Below, in pieces: positions 47,363 to 56,522 of a DNA stretch of 64,000 nucleotides. The stretch is from Bacteroidales bacterium (GTDB lineage Bacteria > Bacteroidota > Bacteroidia > Bacteroidales > VadinHA17), in the NCBI GenBank assembly GCA_049294075.1, contig JBAQCK010000111.1:2946-66945 (forward strand), written 5' to 3'. The position numbers and the translations under genes were made by a program. Under the pieces are notes generated by a model. The model searched no databases. It had not been told where the DNA came from and was given only the letters and a program-made list of their open reading frames with translations. The first letter of the stretch is position 1; every line of letters starts with the position of its first letter.

Positions 47363-48604
47363 ATGAACGCTAACAAAAATGAGGTTGCAACTCTCCGCTG
47401 TGAGAGTCGCCTCGTGGGTTGCTCTTCTGATGAAGAGCCTGGTGCGAAAACCATGATTTTTTCGCGAAACGAAATCCCAAACCTGTCAGTTAGCAACCGG
47501 AGTTCGGAATTTATGCACCGTTACTTCCCCCTGACAACTATTGAATCCTGGAACGACTGGAAATGGCAGCTTCGCAATTCCTTTAACAGCATTGATGATC
47601 TGAAGAGGATTATGAAGCTTACGGACAAGGAGATAATGGCTATCAATAATCTGAAAGGCCGGCTTCCCCTTAGGATAACCCCCTATTTCGCGTCTCTCAT
47701 CTACGACACAAAGTCATCTCATCCGCTTCGCCGGAATGTGGTGCCTGTTGTTGAAGAATTGATTTCCACCAGGAGTGAACAATCAGATCCCCTTCATGAA
47801 AAGGCCTTCTCACCTGTAAAAGGAATTGTACACCGCTATCCCGACAGAGTTCTCTTCACTGTCACACAGGTGTGCTCCAATTATTGCAGGTACTGTACCC
47901 GCTCTCATTCTGTGGGAAGGCTCGACAAATTGGGACGGCAGGATTATGAAAAAGCTTTCAGTTACATAGCAAACCATAAGGAAGTTAGGGACGTCCTCAT
48001 CAGTGGCGGCGATCCCCTTACTCTCAATGATGAAACACTCGATTATATACTGTCGAATATCCGCGGGATCGGGCATGTTGAAATAATAAGGATAGGAACC
48101 AGAACACCTGTGGTTCTCCCGCAGAGAATTACAGACGGATTAATCAATGTTCTGAGAAAATACCATCCTCTTTTTCTCAGCCTGCATTTTTCGCATCCTT
48201 CCGAGATTACTGAAGAGTGTGCAGCTGCCTGCAACAAGCTTGCCGATGGCGGCTTCCCCCTCGGAAGTCAGACTGTCCTTCTCAAAGGCATCAACGACAA
48301 TGTGCCCGTAATGAAGGAGCTGATGCATAAATTGCTCAAAATAAGGGTAAGGCCATATTATCTTTATCAGTGCGACCTGATTCCCGGATCCGGTCATTTC
48401 AGGACAACAGTGGCCAAAGGACTGGAGATCATTAAAGGTCTGCGAGGATATACAAGCGGTTATGCTGTTCCCACTTTTGTCATTGACGCCCCCGGCGGCG
48501 GCGGTAAAATACCCCTGCTTCCGGATTATGTTGTGGAACATAATGAAGAACACATAGTTCTGCGCAATTACAAGGGAGATATCTGTGAGTATCCGGAAAG
48601 ATAG
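47363..48604 (+). CDS. KamA-family radical SAM aminomutase (lysine 2,3-aminomutase-like)
   Basis: 413 aa. CSNYCRYCTRS (CxxxCxxC of the KamA family), VLISGGDPL, W.DWKWQLRN N-terminal motif. The true start may be an internal Met (MIFSR or MHRYFP). Confidence 0.85.
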   Translation: MNANKNEVATLRCESRLVGCSSDEEPGAKTMIFSRNEIPNLSVSNRSSEFMHRYFPLTTIESWNDWKWQLRNSFNSIDDLKRIMKLTDKEIMAINNLKGRLPLRITPYFASLIYDTKSSHPLRRNVVPVVEELISTRSEQSDPLHEKAFSPVKGIVHRYPDRVLFTVTQVCSNYCRYCTRSHSVGRLDKLGRQDYEKAFSYIANHKEVRDVLISGGDPLTLNDETLDYILSNIRGIGHVEIIRIGTRTPVVLPQRITDGLINVLRKYHPLFLSLHFSHPSEITEECAAACNKLADGGFPLGSQTVLLKGINDNVPVMKELMHKLLKIRVRPYYLYQCDLIPGSGHFRTTVAKGLEIIKGLRGYTSGYAVPTFVIDAPGGGGKIPLLPDYVVEHNEEHIVLRNYKGDICEYPER

Positions 48605-48616
48605 TAATATCAGTTT

Positions 48617-49591
48617 ATGAAGATCGGATTAACTTACGACCTGAGGTCGTGGTATCTCGACCGTGGTTATTCCATGGAAGATACCGCTGAGTTTGACAAG
48701 CAGGATACGGTTGATGCCCTCGGGGTTGCAATCAGGAATATGGGATTTGAGACGGAGCTGATTGGAAATTGTTTTCAGCTTATCGAGGCCCTTTCGGCCG
48801 GAAAGAAATGGGACCTCGTGTTCAATATTGCCGAAGGGCTCTATGGAGACGGAAGAGAATCAGTTGTTCCGGCTATACTCGATCAGTATAGAATTCCCTA
48901 TGTTTTCAGCGGACCGGTTATCATGGGAATCTCGCTTAACAAGCATCTTACAAGGCTCATTGTTGCCGCTGCTGATGTTCCGGTAAGTCCCGGCATGCTG
49001 ATATCGGATACCGGGGACACCGACAAGTGCAACCTGATCTATCCGTTGTTCATAAAACCTGTTTCAGAAGGGACTGGTAAGGGCATTACGGAAAAGAATC
49101 TGGTTCATTCAGAAAATGAACTCCGTGAAATGGCCGCTTATCTGCTCTCAAGATATAACCAGCCGGCTATTGTTGAAGAATACCTTCCCGGCAGAGAGTT
49201 TACTGTTGGAATAACAGGCTCCGGGGACGAAGCCATTGCCATCGGAGGAATGGAAATTGAATGCAGGGACAATCTTCCCTATTCGGTGGAATTCAAGGAA
49301 AACTATCAGGAGTTCTGCAAATACAGACCACTTGAAGGCGAATTCGCTGAAGAATGCAAAAATGTGGCCCTGAAAGCATGGAGAGCGCTCGGAGGAGTGG
49401 ATGCCGGAAGAGTTGACGTCAAGGCTGACAGGAATGACCGCATATGCTTTATTGAGGTAAATCCTCTGGCGGGGCTTCATCCGGTGCATTCCGATCTTCC
49501 GATACTGGCTAATATGGCTGGAATTAAGTATCAGGAACTTATCGAAAGGATCGTGGAATCGGCGCTAAAACGCTACCAAATAACCAGATGA
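48617..49591 (+). CDS. ATP-grasp ligase, D-alanine--D-alanine ligase-like (1)
   Basis: 324 aa. ...PLFIKPVSEGTGKGI..., EEYLPGREFTVG, AGRVDVKADRNDRICFIEVNPLAG. Confidence 0.8.
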   Translation: MKIGLTYDLRSWYLDRGYSMEDTAEFDKQDTVDALGVAIRNMGFETELIGNCFQLIEALSAGKKWDLVFNIAEGLYGDGRESVVPAILDQYRIPYVFSGPVIMGISLNKHLTRLIVAAADVPVSPGMLISDTGDTDKCNLIYPLFIKPVSEGTGKGITEKNLVHSENELREMAAYLLSRYNQPAIVEEYLPGREFTVGITGSGDEAIAIGGMEIECRDNLPYSVEFKENYQEFCKYRPLEGEFAEECKNVALKAWRALGGVDAGRVDVKADRNDRICFIEVNPLAGLHPVHSDLPILANMAGIKYQELIERIVESALKRYQITR

Positions 49592-50556
49592 CAATGAAAA
49601 AATGCTGCATCCTCTTCAATCAGCCCATCGAGGGAGCTCTTGCCGACGAACTGGATGTACTTGAACAGGTGGAATACATTGGTGATAACCTCGAAAAACT
49701 AGGTATCGTGGTGTATACCAGGGGAATTACAACCAATTTCATGAATGAAGTCGCAGAGATTGCTGCCGATAAGCCTGACTTCGTTTTCAACCTTGTGGAA
49801 TCGATAAACAATAAGGGTGAGTTGTGTTATTTCGTTCCTGCACTGCTCAACATGTATTCAATTCCTTATTCGGGCAATCCGCTCGAAGCATTATTCATAA
49901 CTACCAGTAAAACTCTATCAGCCAAAATACTGCGCGAGCATAATCTTAGCACTCCGCTGACTTACGCACCTTCGCAGCTTAACCTTCTTAAGCCCGGTCA
50001 CAAATACATTGTAAAACCTGTCTGGGAAGACGGTTCACTAGGTATCACTGCTGACTCCGTTTTTTCATTCTCCACTGATCAGGCAGAAAATCTTAAGGGG
50101 CTTGATGACTCTCATTGGATCATACAGGATTTTATCGACGGCCGTGAATTCAACATAAGTGTCATTGCAAGCAGCTCCGGTCCGGAAGTAATGCCGGCTG
50201 CTGAGATGGTTTTCCATAATTTTGCCCCGGATATGCCCAGAATTGTGGATTTCAAAGCAAAATGGATTGAAGACAGCTTTGAATTTGAAAACACTGTCAG
50301 GGATTTCCCTGGTGACAAACTAAACCCTTTACTAAGTAAGAGGATTAACGAACTTGCCCTTAATTGCTGGGATGTATTCAGACTGAAAGGCTATGCAAGA
50401 GTTGATATGCGGATTGACGCTTATGAGAATCCATACGTCATTGAGGTAAATGCCAATCCCTGCCTTTCTCCCGACAGTGGACTGATGGCAGCGACAAGAA
50501 AAGCCGGGATTCCTGTCACTGAAATTCTTACAAGAATAATTGAAGATCTCAACTAA
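49588..50556 (+). CDS. ATP-grasp ligase, D-alanine--D-alanine ligase-like (2)
   Basis: 322 aa. ATGA overlap with the upstream gene. KYIVKPVWEDGSLGI, QDFIDGREFNISV, GYARVDMRIDAYENPYVIEVNANP. Confidence 0.75.
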   Translation: MTMKKCCILFNQPIEGALADELDVLEQVEYIGDNLEKLGIVVYTRGITTNFMNEVAEIAADKPDFVFNLVESINNKGELCYFVPALLNMYSIPYSGNPLEALFITTSKTLSAKILREHNLSTPLTYAPSQLNLLKPGHKYIVKPVWEDGSLGITADSVFSFSTDQAENLKGLDDSHWIIQDFIDGREFNISVIASSSGPEVMPAAEMVFHNFAPDMPRIVDFKAKWIEDSFEFENTVRDFPGDKLNPLLSKRINELALNCWDVFRLKGYARVDMRIDAYENPYVIEVNANPCLSPDSGLMAATRKAGIPVTEILTRIIEDLN

Positions 50557-50565
50557 TAGCATTAT

Positions 50566-51045
50566 ATGGCACTGATTTCCAAAGGCATCGGGCCGGATGA
50601 CAAAAAACGGATTGAAGAGATCCTGAGGTCTACATCGTTCTTCTATGATTTCGAGGTAGACACAGCTCTTGAAATTGCAGATGAAACCCTTAATAAAGGA
50701 TCTGAAGGGAGCGGTTATTACTGGCTTAAGGCTTCTGATGATAATGGTGTGATTGCCTTTGCCAATTACGGAAAAAATTCTTTCTCCACCCATTCATGGG
50801 ATCTCTACTGGATTGCCGTTCATCAGAACTCCCGGAACAAAAAACTGGGCTCCAGGATGCTTCTGGAGATCGAAAACGATGTCCGGAACCACGGGGGGAA
50901 GATACTCTGGATTGAAACATCGGGCAGGCCTCTTTATGCACCCACCGAAGCATTTTATCAGAGGAACGGTTATACCCTGCAAGCGAGCCTTAAGGATTTT
51001 TATGGCCCAGAAGATCCGAAACAGATCTATTCCAAAGTACTCTGA
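50566..51045 (+). CDS. GNAT-family N-acetyltransferase
   Basis: 159 aa. WIAVHQNSRNKKLGSRMLLEIE (acetyl-CoA-binding R/Q-x-x-G-x-G/A-like segment) and ...FYQRNGY. Confidence 0.75.
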   Translation: MALISKGIGPDDKKRIEEILRSTSFFYDFEVDTALEIADETLNKGSEGSGYYWLKASDDNGVIAFANYGKNSFSTHSWDLYWIAVHQNSRNKKLGSRMLLEIENDVRNHGGKILWIETSGRPLYAPTEAFYQRNGYTLQASLKDFYGPEDPKQIYSKVL

Positions 51046-51128
51046 AAAGGCATTTTCCTGCAAAAGTGCATTAATATCTGACGTTTCTTGTTGCTGCCGT
51101 TTACTTTGCTTTCAGGAAACAGGCTAAA

Positions 51129-51575
51129 TCAGATCAGGTTGGCACTATAATAGCGATCTATTCCGGTAACCTCCTCTCCAAGCCACCCGGGCTTTACAAA
51201 ATACTGATCCTCACTTTCCAGTTCCAGTTCAGCGATTACAAGCCCTTCATTTTTCCCGTGAAAGACATCAACCTCGAACAGATGATCATGTTCGGGCACA
51301 ATGTATCTCGTCTTCCTGATAACTTCAGGCAGACAGGCATTCATAATCCCGGCGGCTTCATCGGCAGGTATTTCATATTCCCACTCATGCCTTGAGAATT
51401 CCGTTCCGGTTAAGGGGGCTTTCACCGAAAGAACAGCTCTGTCGTCTGTAATCCTCACCCTTACTATCCGGTCGGGATCAACAGACAGGTAACCCTGACT
51501 TATTTCGGTCTTCTTTATCGCCAGATGCATGAACTCTCCTTTTACCAGAAACTTTCGTTCTATTTCGAGTGCCAT
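51129..51575 (-). CDS. CYTH-domain protein (triphosphate tunnel metalloenzyme)
   Basis: 148 aa. MALEIERKFLV (ExExK signature) and ...VIAELELE... Confidence 0.8.
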   Translation of the reverse strand: MALEIERKFLVKGEFMHLAIKKTEISQGYLSVDPDRIVRVRITDDRAVLSVKAPLTGTEFSRHEWEYEIPADEAAGIMNACLPEVIRKTRYIVPEHDHLFEVDVFHGKNEGLVIAELELESEDQYFVKPGWLGEEVTGIDRYYSANLI

Positions 51576-51588
51576 TTCTATTTTTTTG

Positions 51589-51596
51589 CAAAGATA
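51589..51596 (-). promoter_or_regulatory. Candidate -7 promoter box (TATCTTTG on the minus strand)
   Basis: The plus strand reads CAAAGATA, the reverse complement of TAnnTTTG. It lies 14 nt upstream of the CYTH start at 51575. Confidence 0.35.
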
Positions 51597-51769
51597 CCAT
51601 TTTCTGACTCAAATTTTAATGTAATGGGATGCTCCCTGACTCCCTTTCCCTCCCGTTAGCTATCGGGATCCCCCAGGGGGAAAGGCCTTCATGCTCCTTC
51701 CCCCTTGGGGGACTACTCTTTGTACACTTCTTTTTGCAAGTTAGAATCATTGTACGGTTCCCCTTTTTG

Positions 51770-51809
51770 TTTACCCCCCATCCCGAAAGCTTTCGGGATG
51801 GGGGGTAAA
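51770..51809. repeat. Perfect 40-bp palindrome TTTACCCCCCATCCCGAAAG|CTTTCGGGATGGGGGGTAAA
   Basis: Checked base by base: 20-bp arms, no spacer, centre between 51789 and 51790. It lies in a divergent intergenic region. Confidence 0.95.
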
Positions 51810-51868
51810 ACGTAAAATGGAAATTAAGTGATCCAATTTTATTGAAAGATGTGTATCAAGGTTAGCCT

Positions 51869-51922
51869 GGGGGAAGGTTGGGAAGTGGGTAAATAATACA
51901 GGGGAAGGTTGTGAAGGTGTAA
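51869..51922. repeat. Imperfect G-rich direct repeat GGGGAAGGTTG(G/T)GAAG(T/G)G(G)GTAA x2
   Basis: Copies at 51869-51892 and 51901-51922, read directly. They lie upstream of ung. Confidence 0.8.
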
Positions 51923-51987
51923 CAATATTTGAAACTGAAATTTTATTTATCCTTGCCAATAGTCTTTTTTTTGAGTAATTTTCAGGT

Positions 51988-52653
51988 ATGGATGTAAAAA
52001 TTGAACCAGGCTGGAAATCGAAGCTTAAGCCGGAATTTGACAAGGAGTATTTTGTAAAGCTGACTGATTTTGTGAGGGCAGAATACAGGAAAGGAGCTGT
52101 TTACCCTCCCGGATCACTCATATTCAATGCCTTTGATGTCTGTCCTTTTGACATGGTTAAGGCTGTCATTATCGGACAAGACCCCTATCACGGTCCGGGC
52201 CAGGCTCACGGCCTCTGCTTTTCTGTGAAAGACGGGATCGATTATCCCCCAAGCCTGGTAAATATATTCAGGGAAATAGAATCTGATCTTGGCATCAGAA
52301 TCAGGGCTTCCGGAGACTTGTCAAGATGGGCCCGCCAGGGAGTTCTGCTTCTCAATGCAACACTGACCGTCAGAGCTCACCAGGCCGGTTCTCACCAGCG
52401 TAAAGGATGGGAGGAATTCACTGATTATGTAATCAAAGTGCTGAATGAAGAAAAACAGAATCTGGTCTTCTTCCTTTGGGGTGCATATGCACAGAAAAAA
52501 GGGGAATCAATAGACCGCTCAAGGCATCTCGTCCTCGAATCAGTACATCCATCTCCCCTCTCGGCTTCAAGAGGATTTTTCGGAAACAGACATTTCAGCC
52601 GGTGCAACGACTTTCTTACAAAAAACGGAATATCGCCAATCGACTGGAGTTGA
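51988..52653 (+). CDS. ung: Uracil-DNA glycosylase (family 1)
   Basis: 221 aa. GQDPYHGPGQAHGLCFSV active-site motif and HPSPLSA near the C-terminus. Confidence 0.95.
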   Translation: MDVKIEPGWKSKLKPEFDKEYFVKLTDFVRAEYRKGAVYPPGSLIFNAFDVCPFDMVKAVIIGQDPYHGPGQAHGLCFSVKDGIDYPPSLVNIFREIESDLGIRIRASGDLSRWARQGVLLLNATLTVRAHQAGSHQRKGWEEFTDYVIKVLNEEKQNLVFFLWGAYAQKKGESIDRSRHLVLESVHPSPLSASRGFFGNRHFSRCNDFLTKNGISPIDWS

Positions 52654-52665
52654 ATGATTTAAAAA

Positions 52666-53841
52666 TCACTTCACCTCGTCGAGCGCTCCGGAGATTATCC
52701 TTTCAAGATTATTCCAGTCTTCAAAACCAGGTGACATGCGGATGATCCCGGGATCGGGGTACTTTGCTCCCCATACCGATTCAACAGGCATTATAATTGT
52801 ACGAGGATCGCCCAGGGATGGTATTATTTTAATACTGTCGGAGACAGCCTTGATGAATTTGTCGCGTCTGTCCTTCTTTTCATTGTCCGACGGACCCCGG
52901 AAACCGAAAGTCACCATGGCGCCAAATCCCCTGTCTCCGAAAAGCCTGAGGGCCGTCTGATGGCTCGGATGTCCCGGCAGGCCTGGATACCATACTTTTT
53001 CAACCGCGGGATGATGAACAAGCAATTCCGTGATCCCTGTTGCATTACAGCTTTGAGCTGCAAACCTGAGCCCGAAAGTCTGGATCTGCGTTTGCAGACG
53101 GTAGGCATCATCGGGCGATATCATGTGCCCCACATATTTCCTGTATTCAATTGCCTGCTTCATAAGCGAGGTATCGTTCCCGCAAAGCACTCCTGCTGTT
53201 ATGTTCCCATGACCTGAAAAGTACTTGGTAGCACTGTGAATTACCATATCGGCCCCCAGGGCAAGAGGCTTGCAAAGAACCGGTGTTGCAAAAGTATTGT
53301 CGACTATTACGGCCGCTCCTTCCGAATGGGCCATTTCAATCACCTTTTGAAGGTCGGTGACTATAAGCATCGGGTTGGAGATTGCTTCTATATAGACCAG
53401 CCCGGGCCTGAGTTCCCGGAGAACACATGCAAAAGCTTCCAGATTGTATACTTCATTCACCGGATTGAAATAACTTACCTGCACTCCTCTCCTGTTCTTA
53501 AGGATTGATTCAGTATAAGAAATCGTCCCGCCATATATCTCACTGAAAAACAACCATGGACGCGTATTTCCGGTATGCTGAAAGACTGAGACTGCCGTGT
53601 CGATAGCCGACATGCCCGACTGTGTAAGAAGAGCCCATACCGACTCCTCAAGTTTCATCACTTCAGCTTCGGCCGATGCTACGGTGGGATTCCTGTACCG
53701 GGAGTAAATATACAATCCGGGAACTCTTTCATTTCCGGTTTCCTTTGCAAAAGCATCCTTTGTGGTTTCAGCATCGTAAAGTTCAAATCCTGCATCCCTG
53801 TATAAAGGCATGCGGGAACTGTTGACGGTTTTCTTCTTCAT
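52666..53841 (-). CDS. Cys/Met-metabolism PLP-dependent enzyme (cystathionine gamma-synthase / methionine gamma-lyase family)
   Basis: The track ORF runs to 53871; the more likely start is MKKKTVNS at 53841. YSRYRNPT; HSATKYFSGHG contains the PLP lysine. Confidence 0.8.
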   Translation of the reverse strand: MKKKTVNSSRMPLYRDAGFELYDAETTKDAFAKETGNERVPGLYIYSRYRNPTVASAEAEVMKLEESVWALLTQSGMSAIDTAVSVFQHTGNTRPWLFFSEIYGGTISYTESILKNRRGVQVSYFNPVNEVYNLEAFACVLRELRPGLVYIEAISNPMLIVTDLQKVIEMAHSEGAAVIVDNTFATPVLCKPLALGADMVIHSATKYFSGHGNITAGVLCGNDTSLMKQAIEYRKYVGHMISPDDAYRLQTQIQTFGLRFAAQSCNATGITELLVHHPAVEKVWYPGLPGHPSHQTALRLFGDRGFGAMVTFGFRGPSDNEKKDRRDKFIKAVSDSIKIIPSLGDPRTIIMPVESVWGAKYPDPGIIRMSPGFEDWNNLERIISGALDEVK

Positions 53842-53926
53842 GTCAGTGACCGGTTTTTTACAGGGCACCAAAATAATGATTTTGAATCAATGAAGTTACA
53901 CCTGAATTGAAAAATGCTCTTGGATT

Positions 53927-54697
53927 TCAGATTATTGTGAGGCTGCCTGATGGCACCCAGCCTTTGTTACCGTCCGACAGTTTTATCTCAAACCATTCCC
54001 CTACCTTGTCCTCGATGCTGACTTTAGTACCCTCATGAAGGACAAACAGGTCGGTGCCGCTTGCATCTGGTGAACTCTTGCCGTTCACCGAAGGGGAAAA
54101 TATCACTGCACTCCGGCTGTCGTAAACCAGAGTCCGGTTACGAAGCGTGAAAGCCAGAGAAGAAGCCGAAATGAATAAAAACAATAGAGCCGCCCAGAAG
54201 GATATTACCTTTAACTTATATCGCGACGAATAGATGTAAACCGACAGCAGAACAAGGAACACAAGGAAAGCTATTATGCTTAAAACAGCCCATGTATTTG
54301 TATGGAGCATTAGCGAAAGAAAATCAAACCACCTTGCAAAAAACAGCTCCGGTATCTCCTCAAATTTGTCAACAACAAGCGTTTTGGCTATCTGAAGGTT
54401 GTAGTTGATGTTATTGTCACCGGGTTTCAGAAGGCGGGCTCTCTCGTAAAAAAGAATTGCACCCGGCACGTTGTTCAGCTTGAACCAGGCATTACCGATA
54501 TTGTAAGCCAGCTCAGCCGACCTGTAGCCTGTATCATAAATTTCAAGCCATTCACGAAGGGCTCCTTCATAGTCTGATGCAGTGTAGAATTCAACTCCTT
54601 TGCTGAATTTTGCAGAACGGTCATCCTGTCCTGAAACCTGACCTGACGCCAGTATCAGCAGCAACAACAGCAATATGTTTCTCAGTCGGGATCTCAT
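53927..54697 (-). CDS. batE: BatE-like TPR + SH3 domain membrane protein
   Basis: 256 aa. Signal peptide, TPR-like helices (YEGALREWLEIY, AYNIGNAWFKLN), TM segments and a C-terminal SH3-like GTKVSIEDKVGEWFEIKLSDGNKGWVPSG. Last gene of the operon. Confidence 0.7.
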   Translation of the reverse strand: MRSRLRNILLLLLLILASGQVSGQDDRSAKFSKGVEFYTASDYEGALREWLEIYDTGYRSAELAYNIGNAWFKLNNVPGAILFYERARLLKPGDNNINYNLQIAKTLVVDKFEEIPELFFARWFDFLSLMLHTNTWAVLSIIAFLVFLVLLSVYIYSSRYKLKVISFWAALLFLFISASSLAFTLRNRTLVYDSRSAVIFSPSVNGKSSPDASGTDLFVLHEGTKVSIEDKVGEWFEIKLSDGNKGWVPSGSLTII

Positions 54698-54698
54698 T

Positions 54699-56513
54699 TC
54701 AGCCTATTGTATTTTCTAACAACCTGATGAACCTGGCAGCTTCATCATATATCTTTTCATCCTCTTCCCTTGATGATGAGGGCGCATACCGCGCAAACTC
54801 GCATTTATCGATTACAGCAGAAAGGCTCTCGATATCCTGATCGGCGATTCCCTTATTTCCAAGGGCTTCGACAGCCCTGCTCCTGTTAAGTTCAGAGACC
54901 GGAATGTTCAGCTTGTCACTGAGGTAACCCCACAGAGCCTTGAGTATCTCCTCGTAAAATCTGTCCGACTTCTTCTCCTTCAGGCACTGGGCGGCCATCT
55001 TGAGCCGCTGGCCTGCCACTTTCCCGGCTTTTCTGTTTCTCACGGCTGAAAGATCTGCATTACGGCGTATGTGCTCTCTCCTGATGAAAAGGATTATAAA
55101 GAACAAAACCGATGCAAAAGCATAAGCTGACCAGAACCATTTCTTTGATGATGATATCCTGTCTGTCTTCCGGAGAAGTCCCGGCCTGGAACTTATGAAT
55201 CTTATATCCTTGCCAAGGTATTTCACATCCTCCTTTGCAACACCTCCGTAAACCGTTATTCCTGAAGTCTGATCACCTGTCTTGCGGGCATAAAATCTGA
55301 GCTCGGGGGTTGTAACCGTTTCGTATCGACGGGTATCCGCATTAAAGAAGGAATAAGCGACCGGAGGTATCGAGAAGTCACCGTGATGCCTCGGTATCAG
55401 GAGGTATTCAAATATCTTCTGTCCTGTTGTTCCGCTTATGCTGTTCTTCAGGTTATCCGTGATCTTCGGATCATAAACCTCAATATCGGCAGGAAGATTC
55501 AGTTCCGGCGGGTTAGCCAGCTTCAGGTTTCCTCTTCCCGAAAGGACAAGCTTCAGGTTTATTGCATCATTTACATTTACCGAATCCGCGCTGAGCGAAG
55601 CATCGAGTGTGATTTTTCCCACTATGCCGGAATAACCTGCAGGTTTATCGCCGGGAAGCGGGTTCACCTTTATCCTGACTGGTTTGCTGATTATAGCTTT
55701 GGGAACAGTAGTATAGGTTGCAAAGAAATCACCGAAGAAAGGATCGGACTGGCCTGATTTCTGACGTATCAGCACCGAAAGCTGAACCGGATCAATAGTG
55801 ATATCTCCCGGGAACTGCGGATATAACAAAAACTGCTGTACCACGCCTGTACCGTAAATGGTCCCGTTGATGCTCTCCCTCTGAAGCGAGGTAAGAGGCG
55901 GGGTCTCAAGATCAGTTCTCAGGAAACCTTCAAAACCGGGATACTTGATCTCATTTATACCCGATATCTCAACCCTGGTGTAGAGCTTAATTGTAACGCT
56001 TATTGGTTCTCCGATAAAGACATTCCTTCTGTCGACAGTAAGATTCACGAAGACATCATCGCCTGTCTCTTCAATTTCTTCATTAGTTGCATCGGTTCCC
56101 GGAACTGCATTACCCTGACCTGCGGATCCGCCGCCTGTTACCGTAATCCTCAGGGAATCCGAGGAATAAGTCTTGTTCTTTATTGTTACCGATGCCGGCG
56201 GGATAACATACTTTCCTTCTTTAACAGCCTGAAGGTAATATGTATACGTATATTTTGCCTCTCTGTTTATTTTCCCGTTTATAATCTGTGTGCTGGAACT
56301 GTAAGATGTCTGAGGTCCCATAAGCTTGTAGAAGCCGGTGAAGGGCGGCTCTGTGAAATCGCCGTCACCCGAATTGATAGTCCATGTGACCTTGAATTGT
56401 TCTCCGGCCTGCACTGCTCTGGGATATTCAGCCATAACGGTTATTTCCTGTCCTTCCGCGGTGCGAAACAACAGGAGTGCAAAAAGTGTCAATATCAAAT
56501 ATCTTGGTTGCAT
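54699..56513 (-). CDS. batD: BatD-like protein (oxygen-tolerance family)
   Basis: 604 aa with a signal peptide and a late TM segment WFWSAYAFASVLFFIILFI. Its position between the BatC- and BatE-like genes matches the B. fragilis bat operon. Confidence 0.7.
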   Translation of the reverse strand: MQPRYLILTLFALLLFRTAEGQEITVMAEYPRAVQAGEQFKVTWTINSGDGDFTEPPFTGFYKLMGPQTSYSSSTQIINGKINREAKYTYTYYLQAVKEGKYVIPPASVTIKNKTYSSDSLRITVTGGGSAGQGNAVPGTDATNEEIEETGDDVFVNLTVDRRNVFIGEPISVTIKLYTRVEISGINEIKYPGFEGFLRTDLETPPLTSLQRESINGTIYGTGVVQQFLLYPQFPGDITIDPVQLSVLIRQKSGQSDPFFGDFFATYTTVPKAIISKPVRIKVNPLPGDKPAGYSGIVGKITLDASLSADSVNVNDAINLKLVLSGRGNLKLANPPELNLPADIEVYDPKITDNLKNSISGTTGQKIFEYLLIPRHHGDFSIPPVAYSFFNADTRRYETVTTPELRFYARKTGDQTSGITVYGGVAKEDVKYLGKDIRFISSRPGLLRKTDRISSSKKWFWSAYAFASVLFFIILFIRREHIRRNADLSAVRNRKAGKVAGQRLKMAAQCLKEKKSDRFYEEILKALWGYLSDKLNIPVSELNRSRAVEALGNKGIADQDIESLSAVIDKCEFARYAPSSSREEDEKIYDEAARFIRLLENTIG

Positions 56514-56522
56514 TCTGCCAAA

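Noticed and set aside
51771-52043. 90-aa minus-strand ORF in the CYTH-ung spacer
   Set aside because: It starts inside ung on the opposite strand and ends inside the 40-bp palindrome. Its sequence is dominated by the repeat elements. I treat it as non-coding.
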